Positions 63,040 to 64,000 of a stretch of DNA of 64,000 nt are shown one piece after another; the stretch's first letter is position 1, and each line of letters begins with the position of its first letter. The notes below the pieces were generated by a model, which had not been told where the DNA came from, did not search any database, and worked only from the letters and a program-made list of their open reading frames with translations. A program made the translations under genes and the position numbers. The stretch spans positions 4,898,001-4,962,000 of the forward strand of contig NC_092673.1 of the NCBI RefSeq assembly GCF_964355755.1. The letters run 5' to 3'. This DNA comes from Antedon mediterranea (Eukaryota; Animalia; Echinodermata).

Positions 63040-63300
63040 TGCATGTACTAACGGGAGTGGTTTAAACAAGAAAAGTTATTAATATGCATGAACACTGAGA
63101 ACCGTTTGCTATCCGGTGAATGGTTGAGCTTCGGAAAGTTTGTGAACACGTGATTGCGTGCTTGTCCAAATATGGGAATGTCTCCGCCCACTTGTTGATA
63201 TTATGTCGACCTTGGCTTTTTAGAGGCTAGAAAAAAATGTTAGCAATCGCTGATAATTGAGAGGAACGAGTTGAAACAATGATAAACAAACAAACATACT
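63040..63300 (-). promoter_or_regulatory. Putative Hhex proximal promoter
   Basis: Directly upstream of coding exon 1: E-box CACGTG (63147-63152), CArG CCAAATATGG (63166-63175), GC-box CTCCGCCCC (about 63182), GATA (TGATAA), Sox (AACAAT) and Fox (TAAACAAA) motifs at 63250-63300. Confidence 0.45.
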
Positions 63301-64000
63301 AAATAATAGCAATTGAGAGGAAAATAGAATTTTTGATTGCGTAGGCCTAGTCGAGATTTAGGAGAGTGAGTAACGTATCATCACATCGTATTTTATTATG
63401 CAAGCGAATCGACGATTATTATTAAAATATAACATATATACAGTAACATTATTATAAAAGTTTTTTACAAACAAAAAAATGGCACGGATTCTCTGTAAAT
63501 TCTAGGCCTATATCTCCACACTTTGGCATAATTTGTTCAGTATTATAAGCAATACTATATAGTAAAGTGTCTTATATTATGTGTCATATAATAATGCTTT
63601 ATTATTATTTAATTTTTAATTGTTTTATATTATACCTTGATTAAGTAAGGCTTACTGTATAGCCTTTGATACAGGCATGTGATGCATATGTGATACTGTA
63701 TTAAAACACTTGGCCTATGATACTGTAAATCATATGATATAGTACCGTGAATCGGCTTAAATAGAATGTAACAAACAACTATATACAGTATTTATAATAT
63801 CGTTTTGTCAAAAATAGATCGATCAATTACAAGTGAAGACAGTTGTAATTAACATAACGACTGTCAATTAATTGTATTAGTGTCACACGCAGCACTATTT
63901 CGAGGATATTTTCTCAATTTCCGAATTATTACTGAATATTCGTGTGCTAATTTATCATTTAATGCATGGAGAAATAGTTAAGTAATTTATTTCTACGTGT

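Overview
AT-rich, intron-rich animal genomic DNA, probably an invertebrate deuterostome and possibly an echinoderm (inferred from TAGGCCTA abundance, a Deu-domain SINE and mosaic CpG depletion). It holds two convergent protein-coding genes. (1) On the + strand, the 3' part of a vinculin/alpha-catenin-superfamily gene enters from the left edge, with about 14-15 phase-consistent exons (1-19291), a GC-AG intron, a 30-nt microexon and a clear vinculin-tail domain. (2) On the - strand, a complete four-coding-exon Hhex/PRH homeobox gene (62875-49747, about 303 aa). Between and within the genes are non-autonomous transposons (two Harbinger-type MITE families, a Tc1/mariner MITE, three nested Helentron-like elements, a 3.66-kb Academ-like TIR element, a Deu/Nin-domain SINE, LINE ends) and several minisatellites. 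Best leads: about 60 tandem Pumilio-element octamers (TGTANATA) directly after the vinculin-like stop codon; two minimal Penelope-type hammerhead ribozymes in Hhex intron 1; a MITE carrying perfect CArG boxes into the introns of a cytoskeletal gene. Most ORFs in the supplied track are spurious or repeat-derived. No prokaryotic-type system is present.
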